64,000 nucleotides of DNA from Eledone cirrhosa (GCA_964016885.1 OZ024743.1:152334001-152398000); one strand, 5' to 3'. Positions 42,062-56,965 are shown, numbered from the stretch's first letter. Program-made: numbers and translations. The notes: generated by a model from the sequence alone, not told the origin.

Positions 42062-43466
42062 ATCATCATCATCATCAACGTTTAACATCCGTGTTCCATG
42101 CTTGCATGGGTTTGGACGGGGGTTTTCCCACTTTAGGCAAGAGTGATTGTCTTGCTCGCATAGGACTGTCTGGCGGCTTTTTTCTACAGCTGGATGCGCT
42201 TCCTAACACCAACCACATTTACAGTGTGGGGCTGGGAGGTTTTTACCATGTTGCCTACACGGCCACATTACAGCGTGGACTGTCTGGCGGGTTTTCTACA
42301 GCCAGCTACCCTTCCTAACACCAACCACATTTACAGTGTGGGGCTGGGAGGTTTTTACTGTGTTGCCTACACGGCCACATTACAGCGTGGACTGTGTGTT
42401 TTTTGTCGTGACACCTACATGATCTCATTTGTTTCGGCCTGGATATTGTGGCACCAACATAACTTTACATTGAAAGGGGCGGTGTGGATGGGGTGGGGGT
42501 GGTGGGATGGGGGTGTATTTTGTTAGAGATGCCTACTGACTGTAGCAGGTTTTACTTTGTATTTAGGTAAAGCGGGTCTTCTCTGTTACTGAGTATCGCC
42601 AAAGGTCTCGGTCCAGTGACATTGTCTTGGAGAGGTGTAAGTGTGTGAGGTCAGAATTTATCAGCTCGTCCCAGGTTTTTCTGGGTCTGCCTACTCCGTG
42701 GCTACCGTCTATCTTTATTGCCCTGCACTTTGTTATACAGCTATCGTCTTTCATGCGCATCACGTGACCATACCAACGTAGCCTTCTCTCGAGTAAACAA
42801 CATCTGATCCCTCTTATTTCTAATTTTTTCCTTAGTTCGTTTATGCTTTGCCGTTCACGTATATTACTATTACACATCCAGCGGAGCATGCAAGCTTCGT
42901 CCTCTCTAGTCTGCGTATATCCTCTGCGCACAATGCCCAGGTCTCACTGCCATGTAACATTGCTGTTCGTATGCAGGCATCATACAGCCTGCCTTTCATT
43001 TTTAGGGAGAACCCTTTAGCGGCTAATAGTGGTATAAGCTCTCTGAACATTTTCCATCCCGTTCTGACTCTAGCTACTGTACTTTCAGAGCACCCTCCCC
43101 CACTGCTGATTTTGTCACCCAGGTAACGGAAGCTGTCCACTATTTCTATAGAACCCTCTGCGCAGTTGAAAGAGCTAGTATTTTGTGGGCACTTGCTGCT
43201 ACTTATTGCACCAGAGCACCGGCCAGATGTAAAATCTATGTTCTTAGTTAGCTTACCTGTGATCCCACTACATCTTTTATGCACCCATACTTTGCATTTG
43301 GGACACAAAATGGAGTTTCTACCTACGCCTTTCCTACACACTGAGCATGGCCATTTCCCGGAAGGGACCGCTACCTTATTTTCTTTCTTACAAACTAGAA
43401 CTTTAGTCTTAGCCAGGTCAATTTTAAGACCTTTTGATTCTAGGCCTTTCTTCCATGTTTGGAATT
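42062..43466 (-). mobile_element. 5'-truncated RTE LINE
   Basis: Close match to 22364-23630; frameshift near 42900. Confidence 0.95.
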
Positions 43467-43468
43467 TT

Positions 43469-43546
43469 AAATATATATATTTATTTGGTTCCTTTACCGG
43501 TTACTGCGAAACCGCTAAAGGAACCAAATAAATATATATATATATT
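43469..43546. repeat. Hairpin containing GAAACCGCTA and AATAAA, probably a folded-back PLE end
   Basis: ATTTATTTGGTTCCTTTA...TAAAGGAACCAAATAAAT. Confidence 0.75.
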
Positions 43547-43593
43547 TTTTTTAAAATAAGACTCCAGTTGCATTTTCGATTTCATCTCTTTTT

Positions 43594-44377
<784 letters not shown>

Positions 44378-45686
44378 AACTTTGAATAACTTTGAAATGT
44401 TTTGGCCAGTATTGGCCCAGGCCATGTCTAACTTAATAGCACCACCTGGTGAAGTCTTTCAATTCAGGATTTGGGCACCATGGCCCATTCGAGAAGAGAA
44501 TTACTGTTTGCGGAGACATATCCGGGTGTGGGTGGTTTGTCCGGGATTACTTGGAGGAATTTGTCCAAAGACTTCTTGAATTTTGTGTGGTCAGTTTCTG
44601 TTTTGACGTGTCCTGGTGTGATGTTGAAGAGAGCAGGGCCGATTGAGGTGAAATAATTGTGCCGTATTGTTGTTATGAGTTGCGAGTTAGATTTTTGAAT
44701 GGGACGGATAGCACGGGGCCCAAGCCTTGGGTGTATCTTGAAGGCGATGCCAACATCATTTGGGCAGTGATGATGGAACATTTTCCACATCATGCAGATA
44801 ATATAACGCTCACGGCGACGTTGGAGTGAGTAAAGTTGCAGGTTTTCTAATCGACCCCAGTAGTCAAGGTCTGACATGCCATCTATCTTTTTCGTGATTG
44901 CCCTTTGAGGAGCTTCAAGTTTCATGATACTTTGTTTCGTGTGGGGAGACCACAGTGGACAACAGTATTCAAGGTGTGGTCGGGCAAAAGTAGAGAAGAG
45001 AAGGATAATGGTGCGGGAATCTCTCGACTGGAAGGTTCTGAGGATCCAGGAACACATTCTGCGGGCCATGTCAACCTTGCTGCTTATATGCGTGGTCCAG
45101 CTTATGTTGCTGTCCACGGTTACTCCCAAGTCTCTGATGTTGTTAGATGCCACGAGAGTTTCCCCGGAGGGAAGGGAGTACGGGAGTTTCAGAGCATCCT
45201 CTTTTCCAAAGTGGATCAGTTCGAATTTGTCTTCGTTCAGTAACATGTTGTTCTTTTCTGCCCATTGGGTAACAGCCAGTAGGTCTGACTGAAGGCTTAT
45301 CCGGTCATCCACGCCATTGATGACCTTTTGGAGCTTGGAATCATCAGCGAAAATTTTAATGTTGCTGTGTTTGATGATGTCAGTGATGTCATTAATATAG
45401 ATGATGAAGAGAAGTGGGCCCAACACAGTGCCTTGTGGGACCCCACTACTGACTTTGGCTGGACTTGATTTAACTCCCTCAACTACAACATGTTGGGTTC
45501 TGTTTGACAGGAAGCTCTTGATCCACTGCAGCAGCTTTCCAGTGACACCAATATTGGACAGCTTTCTCAGTAGAATGTTATGATCAACCCTGTCAAAGGC
45601 CTTGCTGAAATCAAGGTAGATAACATCAGTGTTGGAACCCTCTCCCAAGGCTCTCAAAATGTCATCAAAGTGATGCAGTAGCTGCG
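44378..45686 (-). mobile_element. 5'-truncated CR1-group LINE with an uninterrupted ~407-aa RT/C-terminal frame
   Basis: [43 protein letters not shown]; 3' hairpin CCAGG...CCTGG and (TTCAAAGTTA)2 tail. Confidence 0.9.
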
Positions 45687-45709
45687 TATATATACATATA
45701 TATACACAT

Positions 45710-45754
<45 letters not shown>

Positions 45755-45877
45755 CATATATATACACATATACATACATATATATACACATATACATACA
45801 TATGTATATATATATATATATATATATACATACATATATATATATATATACATACATATATATATATATATACATAC

Positions 45878-45908
<31 letters not shown>

Positions 45909-46043
45909 CATACATATATATATACATACATATATATATATATACATACATATATATATACATACATATATATATATATACATACATATATATATACATA
46001 CATATATATATATATATATACATACATACATATATATATATAT

Positions 46044-46078
<35 letters not shown>

Positions 46079-46339
46079 CATACATATATATATATATATA
46101 TACATACATATATATATATATACATACATATATATATATACATATAATATATATATATACATACATATATATATATATACATACATATACATATATATAC
46201 ATACATATACATATATACATACATACATATATATATATATACATACATATATATATATATATATACATAGATATATATATATATACATACATATATATAT
46301 ATATACATACATATATATATATATACATACATATATATA

Positions 46340-46392
<53 letters not shown>

Positions 46393-46695
46393 ATATACAT
46401 ACATATATATATATATATACATACATATATATATATACATACATACATACATACATATATATATATACATACATATATATATATATATACATACATACAT
46501 ACATATATACACATACATATATATATACATACATACATATATATATACATACATACATACATATATATATACATACATACATACATATATATATATATGT
46601 ATGTATATATATATATATGTATGTATGTATATATATATATGTGTATGTATGTATATATATATATGTGTATGTATGTGTATATATATATGTGTATG

Positions 46696-46738
<43 letters not shown>

Positions 46739-46746
46739 TATATATA

Positions 46747-46778
<32 letters not shown>

Positions 46779-46874
46779 CATACATATATACATATATATA
46801 TACATACATATATATATATATATATACATACATATATACATATATATATATACATACATATATATATATATATA

Positions 46875-46910
<36 letters not shown>

Positions 46911-46964
46911 TACATATATACATATATATATATACATACATATATACATATATATATATACATA
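45687..46964. repeat. Complex TA/TACA array
   Basis: Direct inspection. Confidence 0.95.
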
Positions 46965-47745
46965 CATCATCATCATCATCATCAACGTTTAACGTCCGTG
47001 TTCCACGCTTGCATGGGTTTGGACGGGGGTAGTCCCACTTGAGGCAAGAGTGATTGTCTTGCTCGCATAGGACTGTCTGGCAGGTTTTCTACAGTTGGAT
47101 GCCCTTCCTAACACCAACCACATTTACAGTGTGGGTCTGGGAGGTTTTTACCGTGTTGCCTACACGGCCACATTACAGCGTGGACTGTGTGTTTTTTTGT
47201 CGTGACACCTACACGATCTCATTTGTTTCGGCCTCGATGGCGCGGCACCAACATAACTTTACATAGAACTGGGTGGTGTGGATGGGGTGGGGGTGGTGGT
47301 GGTGGGACGGGGTGTATTTTATTAGAGATGCCTACTGGCTGGAGTAGGTTTTACTATATATTTAGGTAAGGCGGTTCTTCTCTGTTACTGAGTACCGCCA
47401 AAGGTCTCGGTCCAGTGACATTGTCTTGGAGAGGTGTAAGTGTGTGATGTCGGAGTTTATCAGCTCGTCCCAGGTTTTTCTAGGTCTGCCTATTCCGTGA
47501 CTACCGTCTATCTTTATTGCCCTGCACTTTGTTATCGACTTTCATGCGCATCACGTGTCCATACCAACGTAGCCTTCTCTCGAGTAAACAACATCTGATC
47601 CCTCTTATCTCTAATTTTTTTCTTAGTTCGTTTATGCTTTGCCGTTCACGTATATTACTGTTACACATCCAGCGGAGCATGCAAGCTTTGTTCCTCTCTA
47701 GTCTGCGTATATCCTCTGCACACAATGCCCAGGTCTCACTGCCAT
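46965..47745 (-). mobile_element. 5'-truncated RTE LINE
   Basis: [11 protein letters not shown]...RLRWYGHV; (CAT)n on plus. Confidence 0.95.
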
Positions 47746-47808
<63 letters not shown>

Positions 47809-47940
47809 CATATATACACATACATATATACATATATATATATATGTATATATATATATATGTGTATATATATATATGTATATATATATGTTTATATATA
47901 TGTATGTATATATATGTATGTTTATATATATATGCATATG

Positions 47941-47976
<36 letters not shown>

Positions 47977-47997
47977 CATCTATATATAAATATATAT

Positions 47998-48340
47998 GGA
48001 GGCACATGGCTTAGTGGTTAGAGCATTGGCCTTGCAATCGAAAGGTTGTGAGTTCAATTCTCAGACCGGGTGATATGTTGTTTCCTTGAGCAAGACACTT
48101 TATTTCACATTGCTCCAGTTTACTCAGCTGTAGAAATGAGATGATAGAGACTGGGTTCCCTATCATTTCACTGCAAAGCGGTTGTGGAGGTGCCACGGCA
48201 AAAAAGCACCCAGCACTCACTGTAAATGAGGTTGGTGTTAGGAAGTGCATCCAGCTGTAGAAATGAAGCCAGAATCAGTTCCCGTCCCACCCTTACAAGA
48301 AGGGAAAAGTGGACGTAAAATGAAATGATGAAATGATGAT
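47998..48340 (+). mobile_element. Full-length tRNA-derived SINE family B with RTE-derived tail
   Basis: A box TGGCTTAGTGG, B box GAGTTCAATTC, CCTTGAGCAAGACAC body; the 3' half matches the RTE 3' UTR at 4046-4211. Confidence 0.9.
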
Positions 48341-48913
48341 ATATATATATAAAAGAACACCAGACTACGATCTCTAACTGGATTGCCGTAGATTATGTGA
48401 AGGGCATATAATCGATAAATACACTCCCCTGACCATGAAAATGCCGAAGTACATGAAATACTTGACTTCCCTGCGCTGTGCATCTCCAATACTTTTAACA
48501 CTTTTAATGCTTGCACTATTTTTAATGCTTATAATATTTCTCCACACACAGACTATATCAATCATATAAAGAATTTGCCACCAGATCTACCAACCTAACA
48601 CTCTTGTTTACCTACCTAAGTGCCTCTACCACACATATCTCTCTGCCACACTATATAAACAAGACGCACATGCGTGCCACACATATAACATTTGCACAAT
48701 ATAACCACTTATCTTCATGTTGTATTTTAACCTGTATTTTGATTTTTGATTGTACCTCTTAATATAAATGTAATCTCGAAGTGTGTACTGCCACTCTAAA
48801 TTCTGTAATGAATGTTGACCCACAATGTTTGAATATGTATCAATGTTTGAATACGTATCGGTATGTCTCTCGGCTGAAAAGGAGGTCATATAACTGTCCA
48901 TGCATTAATAAAT

Positions 48914-48960
48914 TGCTCCGAAGAATCCAAACCTCGGTTTGTAGGAAACAGCTGTAAGCA
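48914..48960 (+). ncRNA. Minimal HHR motif with core substitution CCGAAGA
   Basis: TGCT-CCGAAGA-ATCCAAACC TC GGTTTGTAG-GAAA-CAGCTG-TA-AGCA. Confidence 0.55.
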
Positions 48961-49321
48961 CAATAATGTTTTGAACAGTTCTTTGATTTTTATATCTCAT
49001 ATAACTGCTCTGTAAATCATCTGATGTTTTTACATTGAGCTACTTAACTTACTGGTAATAAGGTAGTAATACATTACTGCCTACCACTATTTAGGGTGTG
49101 TGTAAAATACTTATAACTGCATAAGGTTTTGTGTTTACATAACCATAAATAGTATAACTAATACTATATATATATGTATATATATATATATATGTATATG
49201 TATATATATGTACGTATATATATGTATATATATATATACATTATTCCGGGTTGAATCGGAGGTAACCACAGTAAGTAAGGTACTCAATACATAGCAGAGT
49301 ATAAAAGTTTTAATATAGATG

Positions 49322-49372
49322 AGATTCTACAGGACTAGAACTGTTTCATTCTTTAGAAATCATCAGGAATCT
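49322..49372 (-). ncRNA. Type I hammerhead ribozyme motif with full stem III
   Basis: AGATTC-CTGATGA-TTTC TAAA GAAT-GAAA-CAG TTCTAGTC CTG-TA-GAATCT. Confidence 0.8.
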
Positions 49373-49509
49373 GGGTATCAAAAAATAAATATGGTATTTA
49401 TAGGTCTCTTCAGGTGGTAGGAGAGGGTGGGGAGTGGGATGGGTAAAGGTCATTGGTTGATAGAAAAGGGAATGTATATGTATATATACATACATAAATA
49501 TATACATAC

Positions 49510-49544
<35 letters not shown>

Positions 49545-49565
49545 CAAATATATATATATATATAC

Positions 49566-49634
<69 letters not shown>

Positions 49635-49687
49635 CATATATATACATATATATACATATATATACATATACATATATATATATATAC

Positions 49688-49720
<33 letters not shown>

Positions 49721-49773
49721 CATATATATACATATATATATATATACATATATATACATATATATATATATAC

Positions 49774-49806
<33 letters not shown>

Positions 49807-49817
49807 CATATATATAC

Positions 49818-49848
<31 letters not shown>

Positions 49849-49879
49849 CATATATATATATACATATATATACATATAC

Positions 49880-49919
<40 letters not shown>

Positions 49920-50131
49920 ATATATACATATCTATATATACATATATATACATATATATATATACATATATGAGAGACGTAAAATAAGAAAATTATAAAA
50001 TTAACTTACTTACTAAATTTTCTCAATGGCTAGGAATTCAGTCCACGCTTTGCTATTTTCTATCCACTGAATTATTTTTGTATAAGTTTTCCAGAGTCCA
50101 CGCTTTGCCTGGAAACTTAGCTGAGAATAGA

Positions 50132-50211
50132 CTTCCCTGACGACGAAATGATTCTCTATATCTTCTTCGGAAAATATATTTATTCCATTTCAGAAACTAA
50201 TTAGTTGGGAG
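50132..50211 (+). ncRNA. Type I HHR motif, copy 1
   Basis: CTTCC-CTGACGA-CGAAATG...CATTTCA-GAAA-CTAATTAG-TT-GGGAG. Confidence 0.7.
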
Positions 50212-50655
50212 TGAAATTTTAGTAAGTAAGTTAATTTTATAATTTTCTTATTTTACGTCTCTCATATTATTGTTCTTCAACCCCATGCATTGAACCACAA
50301 AGTTACTAAGACAAAACCTATATATTTGCTAGCATTGATATGCATCTGTATGTATATATATGTGACTAGATATATTAATTCTTTATAATTATCTCCAAAT
50401 TATTTGTCGAACAATATTGGCCAAGACTGCTGCTATGGTAGCAGGCAGGCCGCCGTCTTCTTAACAAATCACTTTCCACTGATTAACCTCGATGTCACGT
50501 GATTGATTCTTTTTGAATTTGCCAACGACGCAGTAGGCAGTGATTTTCTCAATGGCTAGGAATTCAGTCCACGCGTTGCTATTTTCTATCCACTGAATTA
50601 TTTTTGTATAAGTTTTCAGAGTCCACGCTTTGCCTGAAACTTAGCTGAGAATAGA

Positions 50656-50735
50656 CTTCCCTGACGACGAAATGATTCTCTATATCTTCTTCGGAAAATA
50701 TATTTATTCCATTTCAGAAACTAATTAGTTGGGAA
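50656..50735 (+). ncRNA. Type I HHR motif, copy 2
   Basis: Same core and stems as copy 1, followed by AATAAA. Confidence 0.7.
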
Positions 50736-50907
50736 TAAAATTTTAGTAAGTAAGTTAATTTTCTAATTTTCTAATTTTACGTCTCTCATATTATTGTTCT
50801 GCAACCCCATGCATTGAACCACAAAGATACTAAGACAAAACCTATATATTTGCTAGCATTGATATACATCTGTATGTATATATATGTTACTAGATATATT
50901 AATTCTT

Positions 50908-51045
50908 TATATATACATATATATATATACATTAATATATATATACATATATATACATATATATACATATATATATACATATATATACTATATATATATA
51001 TATATATACATATATACATATATACATATATATATATATACATAT

Positions 51046-51078
<33 letters not shown>

Positions 51079-51186
51079 TATATATACATTATATATATAC
51101 ATATATATAATATATACATATATACATATATATACATATATATATATACCTATATATACATATATATATATATACATATATATACA

Positions 51187-51219
<33 letters not shown>

Positions 51220-51515
51220 CATATATATACATATATATATATACATATATATACAATATAAATATATATACATATATATATATACATATTATACATATAT
51301 ATATATACATATATATATATTACATATTATACATATATATATTATATACATATATATATATACATATATATACATATAATATATACATAATATATACATA
51401 TATATATATACATATATATATATACATATATAATACATACATATATATACATATATATATATACATATATATATATACATATATATTATACATATATATA
51501 CATATATATATATAC

Positions 51516-51564
<49 letters not shown>

Positions 51565-51945
51565 CATATATATATACATATATATACATATATATATATA
51601 CATATATACATATATATTTATATACAATAGAATATATATATATATATACATATATATACATATACATATATATATACATATATAGATACATAATATAGAT
51701 ACATATATATATACATATATATATACATATATATATATACATATATATATATACATATATTATATTATACATATATATATATACATATATATATATACAT
51801 TATATATATATATACATATATATATACATATATATATAATACATATATATATACATATATATATATATACATATATATAAAAACAATTGTTACATATATA
51901 TATATGACTTAATTGTTACATATATATATATACATATATATATAC

Positions 51946-51978
<33 letters not shown>

Positions 51979-52111
51979 CATATATATATACATATATATA
52001 TACATATATATATATACATATATATATACATATATATATACACATATATATATACATATATATATACATATATATATATACATATATATATATACATATA
52101 TATATACATAT
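50908..52111. repeat. Complex TA/TACA array
   Basis: Direct inspection. Confidence 0.95.
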
Positions 52112-52437
52112 ATCATCATCATCATCATCATTTTTACGTCCGCTTTTCCCTGATTGCAAGGGTGGGACGGGAACTGATTCTGGCTTGATTTCTACAGCTG
52201 GATGCCCTTCCTAACACCAACCTCATTTACAGTCAGTGCTGGTGCTCTTTTGCCGTGGCACCTCCACGACCACTTTGCAGTGGAACGATAGGGACCCCAG
52301 TCCCTATCATCTCATTTCTACAGCTGAGTAAACTGGAGCAATGTGAAATAAAGTGTCTTGCTCAAGGAAACAACACATCACCTGGTCTGAGAATTGAACT
52401 CACAACCTTTCGATTGCAAGCCCAATGCTCTAACCAC
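52112..52437 (-). mobile_element. SINE family B
   Basis: Reverse complement of 48015-48340. Confidence 0.9.
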
Positions 52438-52449
52438 ATATATATATAC

Positions 52450-52497
<48 letters not shown>

Positions 52498-52535
52498 ATA
52501 TATACATATACATATATATACATATACATATATAC

Positions 52536-52567
<32 letters not shown>

Positions 52568-52583
52568 ACATATACATATATAC

Positions 52584-52650
<67 letters not shown>

Positions 52651-52887
52651 CATATATATATATACATATATGTATATATACATATATATATACATATATA
52701 TATATACATATATATATACACATATATGTATATATACATATATATATACATATATATATATACATATATATATACACATATATATATACATATATATATA
52801 CATATATATATACATATATATATACATATATATATACACATATATATATACATATATATATACATATATATATATACATATATATAC

Positions 52888-52918
<31 letters not shown>

Positions 52919-52949
52919 CATATACATATATATACATATACATATATAC

Positions 52950-52982
<33 letters not shown>

Positions 52983-53025
52983 CATATATGTATATATACA
53001 TATATATATATACATATATATATAC

Positions 53026-53108
<83 letters not shown>

Positions 53109-53183
53109 CATATATATATATTAACATATATATATATATGCATATACATATATATATATACATATATATATATATACATATAC

Positions 53184-53229
<46 letters not shown>

Positions 53230-53284
53230 ATATACATATATATATATATACGTATATATATATATACATATATATATATATACG

Positions 53285-53316
<32 letters not shown>

Positions 53317-53649
53317 CATGTATATATATACATATATATATATACATATATATACATATACATACATATACATATATACATATATATATATACATATACA
53401 TATACATATAAATATATATATATATACATATACATATATACATATACATACATATATACATATACATACACATATAAATATATATATATATACATATACA
53501 TATATACATATACATACATATATACATATACATACATATATACATATATATATACATATATATACATATATATATATATACATATATATACATATACATA
53601 TATATACATATATATACATATACATATATATACATATACATATATATAC

Positions 53650-53680
<31 letters not shown>

Positions 53681-53825
53681 CATATATATACATATATATA
53701 TATACATATATATACATATATATATATACATATATGTATATACATATATATACATATATATATATACATATATGTATATACATATATATACATATATATA
53801 TATATATACATATATGTATATACAT

Positions 53826-53859
<34 letters not shown>

Positions 53860-53905
53860 ATATATATACACATATATACACATATATATACATATATATA
53901 CATAC

Positions 53906-53936
<31 letters not shown>

Positions 53937-54023
53937 CATATATATACATACATATATATACATATATATATATACATATATATACATATATATATATACA
54001 TATATATACATACATATATATAC

Positions 54024-54060
<37 letters not shown>

Positions 54061-55121
54061 CATATATATACATATATATACATACATATATATACATATA
54101 TATACATACATATATATACATATATATACATATATATATACATATATATACACATATATATACATATATATACACATATATATACATATATATATACATA
54201 TATATACATATATATATACATATATATACACATATATATACATATATATATACATATATATACATATATATATACATATATATATACATATATATATACA
54301 TATATATACACATATATATATATACATATATATATACATATATATACACATATATATACATATATATACATATATATATACATATATATACATATATATA
54401 TACATATATATATACATATATATACACATATATATACATATATATACACATATATATACATATATATACATATATACATATATATACACATATATATACA
54501 TATATATATATACATACATACATACATATACATACATACATACATATACATATATATATATACATATATATACACATATATATACACATATATATATACA
54601 TATACATATATATACACATATATATATACATATACATATACATATATATACACATATATATATATACATATACATATATATACATATACATATATATACA
54701 CATATATATATATACATATACATATATATACATATATATATATATACATATACATATATATACATATATATATATATATACATATATATACATATATATA
54801 TATATACATATATATATACATATACATACATATATATATATACATATATATACACATATATATATATATACACATATATATATATATACATATATATACA
54901 CATATATATATATATATACATATATATACACATATATATATATACATATATATACACATATATATATATACATATATATACATATATACATATATATACA
55001 CATATATATATATACATATATATACATATACATATATATACATATATATATACATATACATACATATACATATACATATATATACATATACATATATATA
55101 CATATATATACATATATATAT
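52438..55121. repeat. ~2.7-kb (TA)nCA satellite-like array
   Basis: Direct inspection. Confidence 0.95.
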
Positions 55122-55123
55122 AT

Positions 55124-56060
55124 GATGGCTGCCCCCTCGTTATTGAGTATGGCTATTGCACGAGGAAAAATAAAAATAATAATCATAACAATAATAATAA
55201 TTATAAAAACAATAATAATAACAACTACAATAATAATAATATACATATATATGTATACACACACGCACACGCATAAACATATCTATACACACACACGATA
55301 GCAATTGACAGCGCTGCGATCGAATGTGGCTTTTTAGCGCAGCCAATCATCTAAAATGTCTTGCACAGAGTCGGCAATCAAAACTTTCACTGGGAATAGC
55401 CGGCTGTGGTTGGAGTTTGTGTACTTTTGCATGTCGTTTGAGCCCTCCTGCTGATTTATATTCTCTACCACATGTTTGGCAAGCATGATGAGTAGCATCT
55501 CCAACAGCAGCCTGGTAGTCAACCACTGGTCTTACTTTATGACTGCGAAGATGACTTTCGAGTCCAGCTTTGCTTAGGCAGAGTCTCGCACAGACGCTGT
55601 ATGTCAGCACCATAGGAGGACCCTCGCCGTCTGGAAGTGCAACAGCAATGCCCTTCCTCACATCCCGCTTTACTTTCTCGTATGCGATTCGAGATGCCTC
55701 AAAGGCAACTTTTCCCTCATATACAGTCTTTCTCCATTTATTACGATCAGCAGCAATATTTTCCCATGTATCAGCAGAGATGTTAACGTCTTTCAGAGAG
55801 GCTTTCAAGGAATCCTTATACCTCTTTTTTGGTTTATGTGGCGGTCGTTTTCCTTTAACTAACTCTCCATAAAAGAGTTGTTTTGGTATTCTAGAATCCT
55901 TCATCCTGGCAAGGTGACCACTCCAACGGAGTCGTTGCTTAAGCACAAGAGCTTCTATACTGTCACACATAGAGCTTTCCAAAATCTCGACATCACTGAT
56001 GTGGTCCCTCCAGTGAACACCATGGATCCGTCTGAGACACATCTGATGGGTGATAATCAT
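55124..56060 (-). mobile_element. BovB-like RTE 3' fragment with C-terminal C2H2 zinc fingers
   Basis: HQMCLRRI, RLRWSGHLARM..SRIPKQLFYGEL..GKR, DRNKWR; CQTCGREYKSAGGLKRHAKVH. Confidence 0.85.
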
Positions 56061-56391
56061 CCTTTAGGTCCGAAAATCGATTAATGGTGTTTATGATATT
56101 TAGTCCCACCCTTGCAAGCAGGGAAAAAGCGGACGTAAAATCAAATGATGATGATGATATATATATATATATATACATTTATAAATACATACATATATAT
56201 ATAGATATATATATATATACATATATATATACATACATATATAGATATATATATATATACATATATATATACATACATATATACATACATATATACATAT
56301 ACACATATACATATATATATATACATATATAAACATACATAAAGAATGAATAATAACAGGTAGACATCATAAAAAGGTAATTTATTCCGAG

Positions 56392-56514
56392 TGCTTACAA
56401 ATGTTTCAACAGTAGTTATACAGCCTAGTCATGCTATGTGCAATTGATAATTAATAATTATTTGATTGCAGAAACTCAATTTTCAAATGCTGCGACTACC
56501 ATTTCCTCAGAGCA
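56392..56514 (-). ncRNA. HHR motif with extended (~98 nt) stem II domain
   Basis: TGCT-CTGAGGA-AATGGTAGT...ACTACTGTT-GAAA-CATTTG-TA-AGCA then AATAAA. Confidence 0.65.
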
Positions 56515-56789
56515 GAATGGTTAAAATGTAAATACCCTTGTATCTCTTAAAGGAAGTTATTGGAGAAGATAGAGTAGAAAGGAAGAGAGAAAGAAGGGGA
56601 GAGGGAGAGAGTGGTTTGAAGAATACAGATAGCTTAATCAAAATGTTGTGGTAGGGGTTTTATTTTACTGTTTATTCTCAAGGTGACAGCCCTTAGGCAT
56701 TGTGTTGACATGGTCAAGATTGGGATTATTTATTGCCACAGAGTGCAGGTTCATAAATGTGGAGAGGGAGTGTGGTAGATCGAGGGTGA

Positions 56790-56965
56790 GAGATAGATAG
56801 AGAGAGAGAAAGATATTGAGAGGGAGAGAGAGAGAGAGATTGAGAGAGCGAGAAGAGAGAGAGAGAGAGCGAGAAGAGAGAGAGAGCTAGAGGAAGGGAG
56901 AGAGAGAGAGAGAGAGAGAGCGAGAGGAAGGGAGAGAGAGAAAGAAAGAGAGATAGAGAGGAGAC
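56790..56965. repeat. (GA)n-rich microsatellite
   Basis: Direct inspection. Confidence 0.9.

Larger units (their letters stand above)
49972..50910 (+). mobile_element. Tandem non-coding repeat (period ~524) with inverted 5' stub; PLE pLTR or retrozyme-like
   Basis: 50017-50386 matches 50544-50910; 49972-50020 is the reverse complement of 50216-50264; one HHR per unit. Confidence 0.8.

Noticed and set aside
44464-46941. Apparent fusion of a low-complexity domain to RT (also 7927-9393 and 37227-38075)
   Set aside because: A truncated element simply abuts a stop-free microsatellite.
47998-48070. tRNA gene
   Set aside because: The A and B boxes continue into a multi-copy SINE body and tail.
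48420-48470. HHR candidate CTGACCA...GAAA
   Set aside because: Core mismatch and no convincing stem I or III.
52362-55301. Very long Tyr/Ile/His-rich ORFs (up to 960 aa) here and in other arrays
   Set aside because: TA/CA/TG repeats lack stop codons in all frames; these are translation artefacts.
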